From Alphaproteobacteria bacterium (lineage in GTDB: Bacteria > Pseudomonadota > Alphaproteobacteria > UBA9219), in assembly GCA_009779135.1 (NCBI GenBank), contig WREW01000001.1, positions 173,498 through 237,497 of the forward strand: DNA of 64,000 nucleotides. Direction: 5' to 3'. A program made the translations under genes and the position numbers. Below the pieces are notes generated by a model, which was not told the origin of the DNA, searched no databases, and saw only the letters and a list, made by a program, of their open reading frames with translations. Numbering within the stretch: the first letter of the stretch is position 1; every line of letters begins with the position of its first letter. Of this stretch, positions 19,753-29,855 are shown piece after piece.

Positions 19753-20397
19753 ATGGACGAGCAAGATCCCGATAGTTTGGCGGAGCTTCGCAAGGCTCTT
19801 GATGATGCTTTTCCCTCATCGCAGTTGCCTAAATCTGTGCGCAGGGCGGCCGTAGACATCTCTCTTGATTTTACAAAGAACCTTTCCGCTGAAGACACCA
19901 TGGCGACTTTAAGGAGAGCGGACTTCGCTCAAAAATGCTTAATTGCCGCTTATAAAGAAGTCGAGGATGAAAAAAATCAGTACATTCAAAAACAGAACGA
20001 CTACACCCATGTTGTCCTGCGTGAACTCTTGCACGGCTACCGAATCAACCAAGCTTCGATAGCTCAAATTGCAGCTAACACAGATCCCAAAAAAACACGG
20101 AAAACAGCGGCTAAAATAGCGGCCGTTACCCTTGCTGCCGGCGTGCCGGTTTCTTGGGCAGTCGGAAAATATTTTGAAACCAAGCTGGAAGATTTTCAAA
20201 AAGCCGTGGAAAATGTTATCGACAAAAAGATTTCACCCGCATGTATCCAGCAGGATCCCGTAACAGGAAAGATCATTTATACGCTTCCTAATGGAGCCGC
20301 ATTCACAACGAACGAGTGTCAACAAAAGGCCCCATCCAAACCCGAAGAGTCGACGATCTCAACCAGCCCGCTTACTGCTTTAAAGGGGCCTGATTGA
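19753..20397 (+). CDS. hypothetical protein
   Basis: SD ggagg before the ATG at 19753 (MDEQDPDSLAELRKAL). Confidence 0.5.
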   Translation: MDEQDPDSLAELRKALDDAFPSSQLPKSVRRAAVDISLDFTKNLSAEDTMATLRRADFAQKCLIAAYKEVEDEKNQYIQKQNDYTHVVLRELLHGYRINQASIAQIAANTDPKKTRKTAAKIAAVTLAAGVPVSWAVGKYFETKLEDFQKAVENVIDKKISPACIQQDPVTGKIIYTLPNGAAFTTNECQQKAPSKPEESTISTSPLTALKGPD

Positions 20398-20423
20398 TCG
20401 ACTCTAGCTCTGGCATAAGCCTC

Positions 20424-22601
20424 CTAAAACATAATCTCCGCCGCGTCCCAATCATCGCGTGGTGGTAAATCCGGCTGCGACCATGGTCTTTGGCCGCGTC
20501 CTGTGCGGCTGGTTTTAAGAATGGTCTGGCCGCCATGGCGCGTTATCATCAGCGCGCCATGCGCGCGTTGTTTTTGGCCGTCTATCACAAGGACGCCTTC
20601 GCAGGAGGGCAGCTCTTCAAACCCGATCACCATATCTGTTTGCGCGCATAGATTTTTAGGCTCAAGCGCTGCGGCGCGGGCCTTAGGATCTAAAGGATGT
20701 TTTTTGGTCGGCTTTCGCGCTTCTTTAACAAAGCTGATGCGCAACCCGTCTTTAGTATAACGGCAGACAAAATCATCGCACACAAGATCGCCTGAAGCAC
20801 TTTCAAAAGATTCTTGTTTGGAAAGATAAAAGGCAGGCACATAGCCTGCGCGTTGACGCCATTGCGCGATGGTGACATTTTCCTTGCGCCGCCCATACAC
20901 GGCCAGACGCCCGTCATTAAGTTTCACGGCCCAAAGCGGCGCATCGGCGGCCACAAAAACATTGGGGTAGGGCGTAATCGGCAGGTAAGACATCGCCAAA
21001 ACCATCGGCACAAGACCAAAAAACCGCCACCTTGCTTTCCAAAGGCAAAGCCACAGCCCGCCGCCGACCATCAAAAGAAAAGACCAAAGCGGCGGTCTGG
21101 GCGTTGTGATCTCGGCCAGCGGCCAGTGGCTGACATGCGTGGCCATCGCAATCAAAGCGTCCGCGCCAAGCCCCGCCCCTTGAAGAAAAAGCGAGGACAT
21201 GCCAAGCGGCGCCGTCAGATATGTCAAAAGAAGGCAGGGCATAATCCACAAAGTGGTAAGCGGAATCGCAAGAATATTGGTAAAAACGCCGTAAAAATGA
21301 AAAACCTGAAAAACATAAAGCGAAAAAGGCAAAGTCGCCGCCGTGGCGAGCAGTGAGGTTACAACAAGCCCGCCCCCGTGACGACCCAAAGAAGCCAGCC
21401 GGTTTTTGGGCGCTGCGGGTTGTTTGTTCTTTTTCTCATAAAAAGCCGTCAGCGCCAGAACGGCGGCAAAAGAAAGCTGAAAACTTACGCCTGTGGCCAT
21501 AAAAGGATCCAAAAGCATCAAAGCGCAGGCGGCCATCGCCAGAACGCGCAGGCTTATGGCTTTGCGGTCAAGAACAATGGCAAAGAAAACCAAACCGATC
21601 ATCAAAGCCGCACGCATGGTCGGCGGGCTTGCGCCGACAAGCACGGCATAAAACGCCGTTAAAATAATCGCCGCCAAAGCCGCGATTTTCTTAATAGGAA
21701 AACGCAGCGCCACAAAGGGAAACAAAGCCAGAAAAAACCTGAGCGGCACATAAATCAAAAGCGCCATCATCCCGACATGAAGCCCGGAAATGGCCAGAAG
21801 ATGAACGATTCCGGCCATGCGCATGGCTTGCACCGTATCAGGATCCATGCTGGAGCGCTGCCCCGTTAAAGTCGCCACGGTTAAAGTCTGCGCCGGCCCG
21901 TCAAGCTGCGCGCGCGCCGTCACCATCAAAAACCAGCGCGCGCGTTCAAACCCGATCCTGATCCCGTCAAAGAAAAAAGAAACAGCCTTGCGCTCGTCCC
22001 TCAGACGCGGCGGCACATAAGACATGCCGCTTGCGCCGAGTTTTTCAAAATAAGCCTGACGCCTGAAATCAAACCCGCTTGGCACAGCACTTTCCGCCGG
22101 TGGCCATAAAGGCCCCCAAAGATTAATGCGGCTTCCGACCAGCGGGACGTCCTCCAGCGCCTGCCTCACCCTCATGCGCACATAAACAGGCTTTGAGGGC
22201 AGCACATTGCCGTAAATCAAGGGATCTTTAAGCAAAAGTCGCGATCCCTCCTGCAAAGGCTCGACCCGCATCAAAATCCCTGTTACCGAGGCGGTTTCAA
22301 GCGGATAAGCCAAAACAGGCCTTTGCACGCGCCATGTTTGAAACTGCGCGGCATGAAACCCTGTTGCAAAGGCAAGCAAAGGCGCCAAGGCCAGCACCAT
22401 GCCAAGCCGCCGCCGACCCAAAAACAGCATACAAGCCAAAGCGGGCGTCAGCAGCGCAAGCCCCAAGGGCGGCTCAAAGCTCAGGGCAAAATAGGTAGAA
22501 ATCCCTGCCAGAAGAAAGACCGGCACCCACAAAAACCAGCGCGCGCGATCATCAAAAAAGCTGCGCTGAAGAAAAGGAAGAGGGTTCACAAAAGAGGGCA
22601 T
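20424..22601 (-). CDS. comEC: ComEC/Rec2-family DNA internalization membrane protein
   Basis: 725 aa polytopic membrane protein with DUF4131-like N-terminus and the competence domain. Confidence 0.75.
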   Translation of the reverse strand: MPSFVNPLPFLQRSFFDDRARWFLWVPVFLLAGISTYFALSFEPPLGLALLTPALACMLFLGRRRLGMVLALAPLLAFATGFHAAQFQTWRVQRPVLAYPLETASVTGILMRVEPLQEGSRLLLKDPLIYGNVLPSKPVYVRMRVRQALEDVPLVGSRINLWGPLWPPAESAVPSGFDFRRQAYFEKLGASGMSYVPPRLRDERKAVSFFFDGIRIGFERARWFLMVTARAQLDGPAQTLTVATLTGQRSSMDPDTVQAMRMAGIVHLLAISGLHVGMMALLIYVPLRFFLALFPFVALRFPIKKIAALAAIILTAFYAVLVGASPPTMRAALMIGLVFFAIVLDRKAISLRVLAMAACALMLLDPFMATGVSFQLSFAAVLALTAFYEKKNKQPAAPKNRLASLGRHGGGLVVTSLLATAATLPFSLYVFQVFHFYGVFTNILAIPLTTLWIMPCLLLTYLTAPLGMSSLFLQGAGLGADALIAMATHVSHWPLAEITTPRPPLWSFLLMVGGGLWLCLWKARWRFFGLVPMVLAMSYLPITPYPNVFVAADAPLWAVKLNDGRLAVYGRRKENVTIAQWRQRAGYVPAFYLSKQESFESASGDLVCDDFVCRYTKDGLRISFVKEARKPTKKHPLDPKARAAALEPKNLCAQTDMVIGFEELPSCEGVLVIDGQKQRAHGALMITRHGGQTILKTSRTGRGQRPWSQPDLPPRDDWDAAEIMF

Positions 22602-22667
22602 TCGCTATAACGTAAGAACCGGTCGGGCTGCCTTTCCCACTTTAAACATCTTTTTGCGGTTGTCACC

Positions 22668-24095
22668 ATGTCTGTTGTTGTTCGTTTTCCTCCTTCGCCC
22701 ACGGGGTTTTTACATATCGGCGGGGCGCGCACAGCGCTTTTCAACTGGCTTTACGCCCGCCATATGGGGGGGCGCTTTCTTTTGCGCGTGGAGGATACGG
22801 ATCAGGCGCGCTCAACGCCCGAGTCGGTCGAGGCTATTTTGGACGGCATGCGCTGGCTTGGGTTTAACTGGGACAATGATGATCCGGCGCAAAATAACGG
22901 CAAAAGCTACTATTCGCAGTACGACATGGCCCCAAGACATGTCGAAGTGGCAAAGGAAATGGTGGCGCGCGGTGCGGCCTATTACTGCTATGCAAGCCCC
23001 GAAGAGCTTGAGGCCATGCGCGCCGAACAAAAAGACAAAAGCCTGCCGCAGCGCTATGATGGAAGATGGCGCGAGCGGCCCGCAAGTGAAGCACCCGAAG
23101 GCGTCAACCCCGTTATTCGTCTGAAAGCTCCGCTGGAAGGAGAAACCATTGTCAATGACCTCGTGATCGGCTCGGTGACGGTTCAAAACAGCCAGCTTGA
23201 TGATATGGTGCTGGTGCGCGCGGACGGAACGCCGACCTATATGCTGGCCGTGGTGGTGGACGATCATGATATGGGCGTTACGCATGTGATCCGTGGTGAC
23301 GATCATTTTACGAACACCTTCCGCCAGATTCAGATTTACAAGGCGATGGAATGGGAGATCCCTGCTTTTGCACATCTGCCGCTTATTTTAGGGCCGGATG
23401 GCGCCAAGTTTTCCAAGCGCCACGGCGCGCCGGCTGTGTCCTCTTACCGCGATATGGGCTATTTGCCCGAGGCGATCCGCAACTATCTTTTACGCCTTTG
23501 CTGGTCGCATGGAGATGATGAGATTATCTCAACCCAGCAGGCGATTGCGTGGTTTGATTTTGACGGCATCGGCCACTCGCCCGCGCGCTTTGATTTTGCC
23601 AAGCTTAATCATTTGAACGCGCATTATATCATGCAAAAAGACATTAAAACATTGACGGATCTGGCGCTGCCTTTTGTCGTCAAGCATCTTGGAAAAGAAC
23701 TGACTCCGGCGCAAAAAGAAATCCTGGCCGCAGCCTTGCCGGATATTCAACCGCGCATCCAGCTGCTCAGCGAAATCGGGCCGGCGGTTCAATTTTACTT
23801 TGATCTGATCGAGCCGGACGAAAAAGCCCGCAAAATCTTAACCCGCGAAGCCCAGACCCATTTAAGAGCGCTTGCCGATCAGATCCGACAAAACCCCGAT
23901 TTCTCCGGCGCGATGCTTGAAGATTTATTTCGTGGTTATGCCGAGCAGGAAGACCTCAAACTCGGCGCAGTGGCGCAACCTTTACGCGCTGCGCTGACAG
24001 GCCGCGCAGTCTCTCCGCCCATCTTCGCAATCGCCGCTCTTTTAGGCCGCGATGAAGTTCTGCGGCGCATAGACCTTACCTGCGCACTGGATTAG
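22668..24095 (+). CDS. gltX: glutamate--tRNA ligase
   Basis: HIGH motif (PSPTGFLHIGGARTALFN) and KMSKS-like KFSKR. 475 aa. Confidence 0.9.
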   Translation: MSVVVRFPPSPTGFLHIGGARTALFNWLYARHMGGRFLLRVEDTDQARSTPESVEAILDGMRWLGFNWDNDDPAQNNGKSYYSQYDMAPRHVEVAKEMVARGAAYYCYASPEELEAMRAEQKDKSLPQRYDGRWRERPASEAPEGVNPVIRLKAPLEGETIVNDLVIGSVTVQNSQLDDMVLVRADGTPTYMLAVVVDDHDMGVTHVIRGDDHFTNTFRQIQIYKAMEWEIPAFAHLPLILGPDGAKFSKRHGAPAVSSYRDMGYLPEAIRNYLLRLCWSHGDDEIISTQQAIAWFDFDGIGHSPARFDFAKLNHLNAHYIMQKDIKTLTDLALPFVVKHLGKELTPAQKEILAAALPDIQPRIQLLSEIGPAVQFYFDLIEPDEKARKILTREAQTHLRALADQIRQNPDFSGAMLEDLFRGYAEQEDLKLGAVAQPLRAALTGRAVSPPIFAIAALLGRDEVLRRIDLTCALD

Positions 24096-24210
24096 GAGGA
24101 AATGGCGTCCCCTAATAGACGCAATTCGAAAAGACTATAGACAAAATGCGTTGAATCTCAACAAGATTCGGCCATTGTCATTGAGATAAACGGGTAAAAG
24201 CTTCGATTCT

Positions 24211-24273
24211 GGTTTTCAGGGCATTTGGGTCATTCTCAAACCCTTCCGGCATAGGGGGTTTTTGCCCCAAAGC
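24211..24273. repeat. degenerate duplicate of the thrC 3' end (direct repeat flanking inserted islet)
   Basis: ggttttcagggcatttgggtcattctcaaacccttccggcatagggggtttttgccccaaagc aligns, with a 39-bp internal deletion, to 25426-25527 inside the thrC C-terminal coding region. Confidence 0.55.
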
Positions 24274-24279
24274 AGAAGG

Positions 24280-24897
24280 TCATATGATAATCACATCACC
24301 ATCCTGCATGGTTTTGTAAATAATGCCGTGCTGCTTGCAATATTCAACGGCTTTGTCCGCAAGCTCCGTTTCAAAATGATCTGATTGGTAATGGGGGATA
24401 GGCATGAAATCCAACAGACCGACACCTTCATGAATAATGGAGCCATAATTATAGGGATCCGCCTCAGGCACATCCATGACAGAAATGCCATCCAGCTTGT
24501 CCGCCAACACGCAAATGCCCGCGCTATATCCGGCGTATAAAAAATCTCTGTTATTCATCTTGTTTTTTAAAAGTTCATCAAATCCGCTTAATGCCATGGC
24601 CCTGCGCAAAACATAAGTATTGCCGCCGGAAACATAACAGGCACTAAAGGCCTTTAAATAATCTTCAAGTTCTTTTTGTTTGCCGAAATAATCCTTTAAA
24701 TCGAGCTTGACGGCATCAAAGCCGATATTGGTTAAATCATTGATATTTGCAAGGATTCTTTCTTCTATGCCGTCCGGATCATCTCTGTAGTCGATCGCGT
24801 TCGGGATGACGGCAATTTTATTATTATGCGCATGTTGCCATGCTTTTAAATAATCAACCCTGTCCCCCAACTTAAATGATGATAAATACAGCTTCAT
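24280..24897 (-). CDS. peptidase S51 (dipeptidase E / PepE-like) family protein
   Basis: Size and sequence character fit PepE; the nucleophile Ser context is YAGYSAGIC. AT-rich codon usage. Confidence 0.65.
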   Translation of the reverse strand: MKLYLSSFKLGDRVDYLKAWQHAHNNKIAVIPNAIDYRDDPDGIEERILANINDLTNIGFDAVKLDLKDYFGKQKELEDYLKAFSACYVSGGNTYVLRRAMALSGFDELLKNKMNNRDFLYAGYSAGICVLADKLDGISVMDVPEADPYNYGSIIHEGVGLLDFMPIPHYQSDHFETELADKAVEYCKQHGIIYKTMQDGDVIII

Positions 24898-24941
24898 TTT
24901 TAGCTCCTTTTCAGCTCCTTTTTCTTCCTATAGACCTATTA

Positions 24942-25241
24942 TTAGCCCAAGTTGAGTTGTTTTTTCACAATGGCGTTGAGTTCGGCTATATCAACCGCTC
25001 GAACGGCTTGGCCGAGAGTCTCTTGTGTGATGACGATGGGGCCTTGCGGCTGTTTCACCGAGTGACCTTTTTCTTTGTGAGTCAGAACATAGGGCTTTTT
25101 CGGTGAGGGGGTTCGTTTTTTAGCTGTGATTCCAAACTCAGCAGGGTCACAGACGCGAATGGTCTCACCACAGAACTCCTCAAAAATCGGGATACCCTTA
25201 CATTCTGTAGAGTTTTGATCGAGTCTTTCTTGTTTCGTCAT
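24942..25241 (-). CDS. small hypothetical protein (islet)
   Basis: ORF in the AT-rich islet. Probable start MTKQERLDQ at 25241; the ORF runs to 25307. Confidence 0.4.
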   Translation of the reverse strand: MTKQERLDQNSTECKGIPIFEEFCGETIRVCDPAEFGITAKKRTPSPKKPYVLTHKEKGHSVKQPQGPIVITQETLGQAVRAVDIAELNAIVKKQLNLG

Positions 25242-25404
25242 GGTATGTTTCCTCTTCAAATGGCGTGGAAACATACTTTGCCAGACCGCGCTTTTTGTTC
25301 TCAACACATCCTTTCATCGAAAAACATCTATATCGCAGCGTATTACGGTCTCAAGCCTTCCATTTTTATAAAACATATACATATCGTAGATTTTAGCGTT
25401 CTTC

Positions 25405-26835
25405 TCATGCAAAAGCCTTGATCTTGGCTTTCAGAGCATCCGCATCATTTTCAAGCGTTTCGACTTTCTGCGGCAATGCTGTCAGATTCTCAAACCCTTC
25501 TGGTATAGGCGGCTCTTGTCCCAAAGCTTCGCTTATCGTAGAGGAAAACTTGGCCGCCTGTGCGGTTTCAAGGATAATCATGGTCTCGCCAGCCTTGCGT
25601 TGTTCAACCGCGCCTTTCACGCCATCTGCCGTGTGAGGATCAATAAAGATGTTCCATTTTTCATATGCCAGCTTGATATGCGCGATCCGATCCGCATGTG
25701 TGCTAGTAGTAGAGGAAAGGCCCATTGCGGCCAGCCTTGTCCAAACTTCGGGGTAATCCTTAGAAAAATCAATTTTCCGTTCTAAAGCCAGCCGTTCCCA
25801 CATTTCAGTAATGAGTCGTCCATCATGCTGCGCGGCTTCCCATATGACGCGCTCGAAGTTGCTGGCTTTGGTGATGTCCATTGAGGGGGAAGACGTCACC
25901 AGCGCGGTTTGTGCGGGCGCGTAGCGGCCTGTTTGCAAGGTGCGGTGTAAGACATCATTTTCATTGGTGGCAATGATGATACGACCAACGGGGACGCCCA
26001 TGAACTTGGCCACAAGTCCGGCAAAGGCATTGCCGAAATTGCCGCTAGGCACACAGAAAGAAACAGGATCGCCGACATTTTTGGCAGTCTGTAAGTAGGC
26101 AGCGATATAATAGGCCGTTTGCGCAATCACCCGCGCCCAGTTGATTGAGTTGACGGCTCCAAGGCGGTGTTTGTCTTTAAATGCCGTATCAGCATTCAAG
26201 GTTTTTACAAGATCCTGACAATCATCGAACATGCCGTTGATAGCTATATTTAAAATATTATCATCCAAAACCGAATACATTTGCGCACGCTGAAAATCGC
26301 TCATGCGGCCTGATGGGGAAAGTATCACGACTTTTATGCGCTCTTTGCCGCGCAACGCATGGATCGCCGCGCTGCCTGTGTCGCCAGAGGTAGCCCCGAG
26401 GATGGTCAGGGTTTTGCCTTGCTCCTCTAGCGTCCAGTTGAGTAGGTGGGCAAGAAGCTGCATCGCGGCGTCTTTGAAAGCGAGCGTTGGGCCATTGGAA
26501 AGTTGAAGTAGATAAAGCCCGTCTTCAAGTTGCCGCGTTGGAAAGATTTTGTTTGCGTTCTCGCTTTTACGAACATGACAGAACACATCAGGATTGTAAG
26601 CCGCGCGGGTCAAAGCACGGAGCGTTTCTTGCGGGATTTCCGGCGCGAACTTGGCAAGCAGGGTTGCTGCCAATTCCGCATAAGGCAGCTCTTTCCATGC
26701 CGCGAGTTCTTGTAACGAAACTTTAGGCCAGACTTCCGGCACATAAAGCCCGCCATCAGGCGCGAGGCCTTCAAGCAGGATTTCCGAAAACAAAACGGAT
26801 TTTGCGCCGCCGCGCGTTGAAACATATTTCATCAT
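25405..26835 (-). CDS. thrC: threonine synthase
   Basis: MMKYVSTRGG N-terminus and PLP-lysine region. 476 aa. The start overlaps the thrB stop (ATGA). Confidence 0.9.
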   Translation of the reverse strand: MMKYVSTRGGAKSVLFSEILLEGLAPDGGLYVPEVWPKVSLQELAAWKELPYAELAATLLAKFAPEIPQETLRALTRAAYNPDVFCHVRKSENANKIFPTRQLEDGLYLLQLSNGPTLAFKDAAMQLLAHLLNWTLEEQGKTLTILGATSGDTGSAAIHALRGKERIKVVILSPSGRMSDFQRAQMYSVLDDNILNIAINGMFDDCQDLVKTLNADTAFKDKHRLGAVNSINWARVIAQTAYYIAAYLQTAKNVGDPVSFCVPSGNFGNAFAGLVAKFMGVPVGRIIIATNENDVLHRTLQTGRYAPAQTALVTSSPSMDITKASNFERVIWEAAQHDGRLITEMWERLALERKIDFSKDYPEVWTRLAAMGLSSTTSTHADRIAHIKLAYEKWNIFIDPHTADGVKGAVEQRKAGETMIILETAQAAKFSSTISEALGQEPPIPEGFENLTALPQKVETLENDADALKAKIKAFA

Positions 26836-27773
26836 AAAGCCTTTCTTGTGCGTAGGATATTGCCAAAATGGTCGGGATCAAGGGCTTTGCCGTTCGGATT
26901 TCTCGGCCAATGATAATCGACAAGACGCGAGAGGTAAAAGCGCAAAGCGGCCAGACGCAGAGCCATCGGCCAAGCTTCTTTCTCGGCTTTGGTGAGGGGC
27001 AAAATCTCTTCCCGCGCTTTGAGGAGGATGTTCAGTTTTTCTTGATCCAACATATAACCGCCTTCTTTCAGGCACCAATCATTAGCAACGATGGCGAGAT
27101 CGTAAAGGAGAGGTTCTTCACTGGCACAAAAACCCCAATCAATCACCGCGCCAAGCGAACCATCCGGCTTGAACATCACGTTGTTGCGGAAAAGATCGGC
27201 GTGAACAGGGCCGCGCGGCACGTCCGCGCCAGCACCACTTTTCCAGAAATCACGATGTTCATCCATTTCCTCAAGTAACTCCTGTTGCAAATCATGTTCG
27301 AGAATCGCACACACACGCGCGGCGGTATCCTCAAACCAAGGCCAGCCGCGCGGGTTTGGCCTTTCCCAGTCCGCGCAACGCGCCGTGCCGTCTTTTGCCA
27401 TCCGGCCCATAAAACGGCCTATTTCCGCAATTTGTTTGTTTGAAGGCCATGCAACCCATGTTCCTTCAATCCATGGAAACAAACAGGCCGGTTTGCCTTT
27501 GAGCGGCACAAGAATACGGTTTGAGCTGTCCTCGATAGGCGGACAAGTCGGCAGGCCGCAGTCGGCAAGTTTTCTGGCTATCATCACAGGGCCAAGAGCT
27601 TCTGTCCGTTCAAACAGGCGCAAACAGGCCGAAGATCCATCGGCGAAATCCAGACGGAAAACGCTGTCTTCAACCCCGTCTTCAATCGGATGGATGGCGA
27701 TGGCTTTGTTAAAGGCTCGCTCTTTAAGCCATTCATTGGCTTCTTCAAGAGACACAGATGTCCAGACAGTCAT
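26832..27773 (-). CDS. thrB: homoserine kinase, APH-fold type (ThrB of alphaproteobacteria)
   Basis: APH/ChoK-like kinase with HADLFRNN and DWGF motifs and the MTVWTSVSLEEANEWL N-terminus. The GTG at 27788 is an alternative start. Confidence 0.75.
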   Translation of the reverse strand: MTVWTSVSLEEANEWLKERAFNKAIAIHPIEDGVEDSVFRLDFADGSSACLRLFERTEALGPVMIARKLADCGLPTCPPIEDSSNRILVPLKGKPACLFPWIEGTWVAWPSNKQIAEIGRFMGRMAKDGTARCADWERPNPRGWPWFEDTAARVCAILEHDLQQELLEEMDEHRDFWKSGAGADVPRGPVHADLFRNNVMFKPDGSLGAVIDWGFCASEEPLLYDLAIVANDWCLKEGGYMLDQEKLNILLKAREEILPLTKAEKEAWPMALRLAALRFYLSRLVDYHWPRNPNGKALDPDHFGNILRTRKAL

Positions 27774-28031
27774 GGCAACACTCCACACCGTTCAAACTTA
27801 GAAAATTGATGCAATGACCCTGTCGGGCTTTTTGCGGTTTTTGTTTTTGAGAGTGTGTCTGGGGCGGAACGTAAGCGTCAGGCGCCGGACAAAGGAAATA
27901 ACGGCCTCAAGCCGTTGTTTGAAGCGTGCGTGTCGTTGTGAAAATGGACAGAGCGTTCCTTTGCATAGAAAGACTCTACACAAAGTTGTGCGCAGAAGCA
28001 AGAAGTTTTTCGTTTCCACCACAACATAACC

Positions 28032-29390
28032 TTAGTTTGTCAAACTGCGAATAGGGGCCGGAACACGACCGCCACGCGCAATCAAGGCGTTTGGTCTAAA
28101 CGGGTTGACAGCCATGACGGGCGCACTTCCGAGCAAACCGCCATATTCAATCAAATCACCCACTTTCTTGCCCGGTACAGGAATGATGCGAACGGCAGTC
28201 GTTTTGTTGTTAATCATGCCGATGGCCGATTCATCGGCAATGATAGCTGAAAGCGTTTCTGCTGTGGTATCGCCCGGCACCGCGATCATGTCGAGACCGA
28301 CAGAGCAAACGCTTGTCATAGCCAGAAGCATTTCGATATTCAGGCTTCCACGCTTGACAGCAGCGATCATGCCCGCGTCTTCACTTACAGGAATAAAGGC
28401 CCCACTCAAACCGCCAACACGTTCGGCAGCCATAACACCACCTTTTTTGACGCAATCATTAAGGAGAGCCAGAGCAAAAACCGTTCCCGCTCCACCACAG
28501 CTTTCTACCCCGATTTCTTCAAGAATATGCGCAACGCTGTCGCCTATGGCCGGAGTAGGCGCTAAAGACAAGTCAATAATGCCACATTGTGCGCCAAGCC
28601 TTGCGGCTGCTTCCTGTGCCACCAGTTGGCCCACGCGCGTAATTTTGAAGGCTGTGCGCTTGATGGTCTCGGCCACAACATCAATCCCTTTGCCGCGCAC
28701 ATGTTCAAGAGCGCGTTTAACGGCACCAGGGCCGCTTACACCTACATTGATCGTTGTGTCGCTTTCACCTACACCGTGGAAGGCTCCGGCCATAAAGGGA
28801 TTATCGGACGGTGCGTTGCAAAAAACGACCAGCTTGGCACAACCAATCGCGCCGCTATCTTTTGTAAGCTCAGCCGTTTTCTTGATAATACCGCCCATTT
28901 GACACACAAGATCAAAGTTGATTCCAGCTTTGGTGGAACCGATATTGACCGAGGAGCAAACAATCTGCGTTTGGGCCAAGGCTTCGGGTATTGAACGGAT
29001 CAGTTTTTGATCGCCTGCAGTCGTGCCTTTTTCGGCCAGTGCTGAAAACCCACCAATAAAATTGATGCCCAATTCTGTCGCGGCGGCTTGAAGAGCTTTT
29101 GCCATAGGAACGTAATTGTCCGTTTTGCAACTTTCTGCCGCAATGGCTATGGGCGTGACAGCAATGCGTTTGTTGATGATTGGCACACCAAGTTCTGCCT
29201 CAATTTCCTCACCAGTCCGAACAAGGTTTTTTGCCTTTGTTGTAATCTTGTCATAAATATTCTGGCAAAAGGCCCTTGGATTAGGATGGGCACAATCACG
29301 CAAACTGATGCCCATTGTGATGGTGCGAACGTCCAGCGTGTCTTCTGTAATCATTTTTTGTGTTTCAAAAATCTCTTGAATAGTAAGCAT
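28032..29390 (-). CDS. UPF0210 / DUF711 (PFL-like) family protein
   Basis: [30 protein letters not shown]. 452 aa. Adjacent to its usual ACT-domain partner. Confidence 0.7.
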   Translation of the reverse strand: MLTIQEIFETQKMITEDTLDVRTITMGISLRDCAHPNPRAFCQNIYDKITTKAKNLVRTGEEIEAELGVPIINKRIAVTPIAIAAESCKTDNYVPMAKALQAAATELGINFIGGFSALAEKGTTAGDQKLIRSIPEALAQTQIVCSSVNIGSTKAGINFDLVCQMGGIIKKTAELTKDSGAIGCAKLVVFCNAPSDNPFMAGAFHGVGESDTTINVGVSGPGAVKRALEHVRGKGIDVVAETIKRTAFKITRVGQLVAQEAAARLGAQCGIIDLSLAPTPAIGDSVAHILEEIGVESCGGAGTVFALALLNDCVKKGGVMAAERVGGLSGAFIPVSEDAGMIAAVKRGSLNIEMLLAMTSVCSVGLDMIAVPGDTTAETLSAIIADESAIGMINNKTTAVRIIPVPGKKVGDLIEYGGLLGSAPVMAVNPFRPNALIARGGRVPAPIRSLTN

Positions 29391-29417
29391 GTTTAATAAC
29401 TCCCGTTTTTATGGATT

Positions 29418-29714
29418 TCACGTCATCGGATCAAGATCCGTCGGGACGATACGGTGCATAGCAAGAAACAAGCATGGTCTTAATGCCTTGATTTCAAGCC
29501 CTTGATTTTCACCTTCTTCCTTCATGCACTCTTGCAGATCCTTCAGATTTGTAATTTCTGAGCCGAAATCAGCAATCGCCGCGAAACACGCGCGGCCACC
29601 GATATTTTCTTGTCCATTACAAACAAACGCCACTTTTTTTCTATTTAGAACGTCATAAACGCGGTTGCAGACGTCAGAACCTTCTTTGCCAAATGCCATT
29701 ATGATAGCTTTCAT
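29418..29714 (-). CDS. ACT-domain protein UPF0237
   Basis: MKAIIMAFGKEG start with SD aaggaaag. About 98 aa. FRAMHRI C-terminal motif. Confidence 0.7.
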   Translation of the reverse strand: MKAIIMAFGKEGSDVCNRVYDVLNRKKVAFVCNGQENIGGRACFAAIADFGSEITNLKDLQECMKEEGENQGLEIKALRPCLFLAMHRIVPTDLDPMT

Positions 29715-29855
29715 TTTTTCTTTCCTTGTCAAAATAGGATTATTTCAGTGTTATTCATTTTCTTTTTCGGTTTCTTGTTCAACGAATCTTTGTATATGTG
29801 AGTGCTATATGCGCGTAGTCTTTGATGCCTCTTTTTGGTTAACAAGCGCAAAAAT

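Noticed and set aside
20814-21662. Basic, Arg/Lys-rich plus-strand ORFs (180 and 94 aa)
   Set aside because: They are antisense to comEC, a hydrophobic membrane-protein gene whose complement is rich in basic codons.
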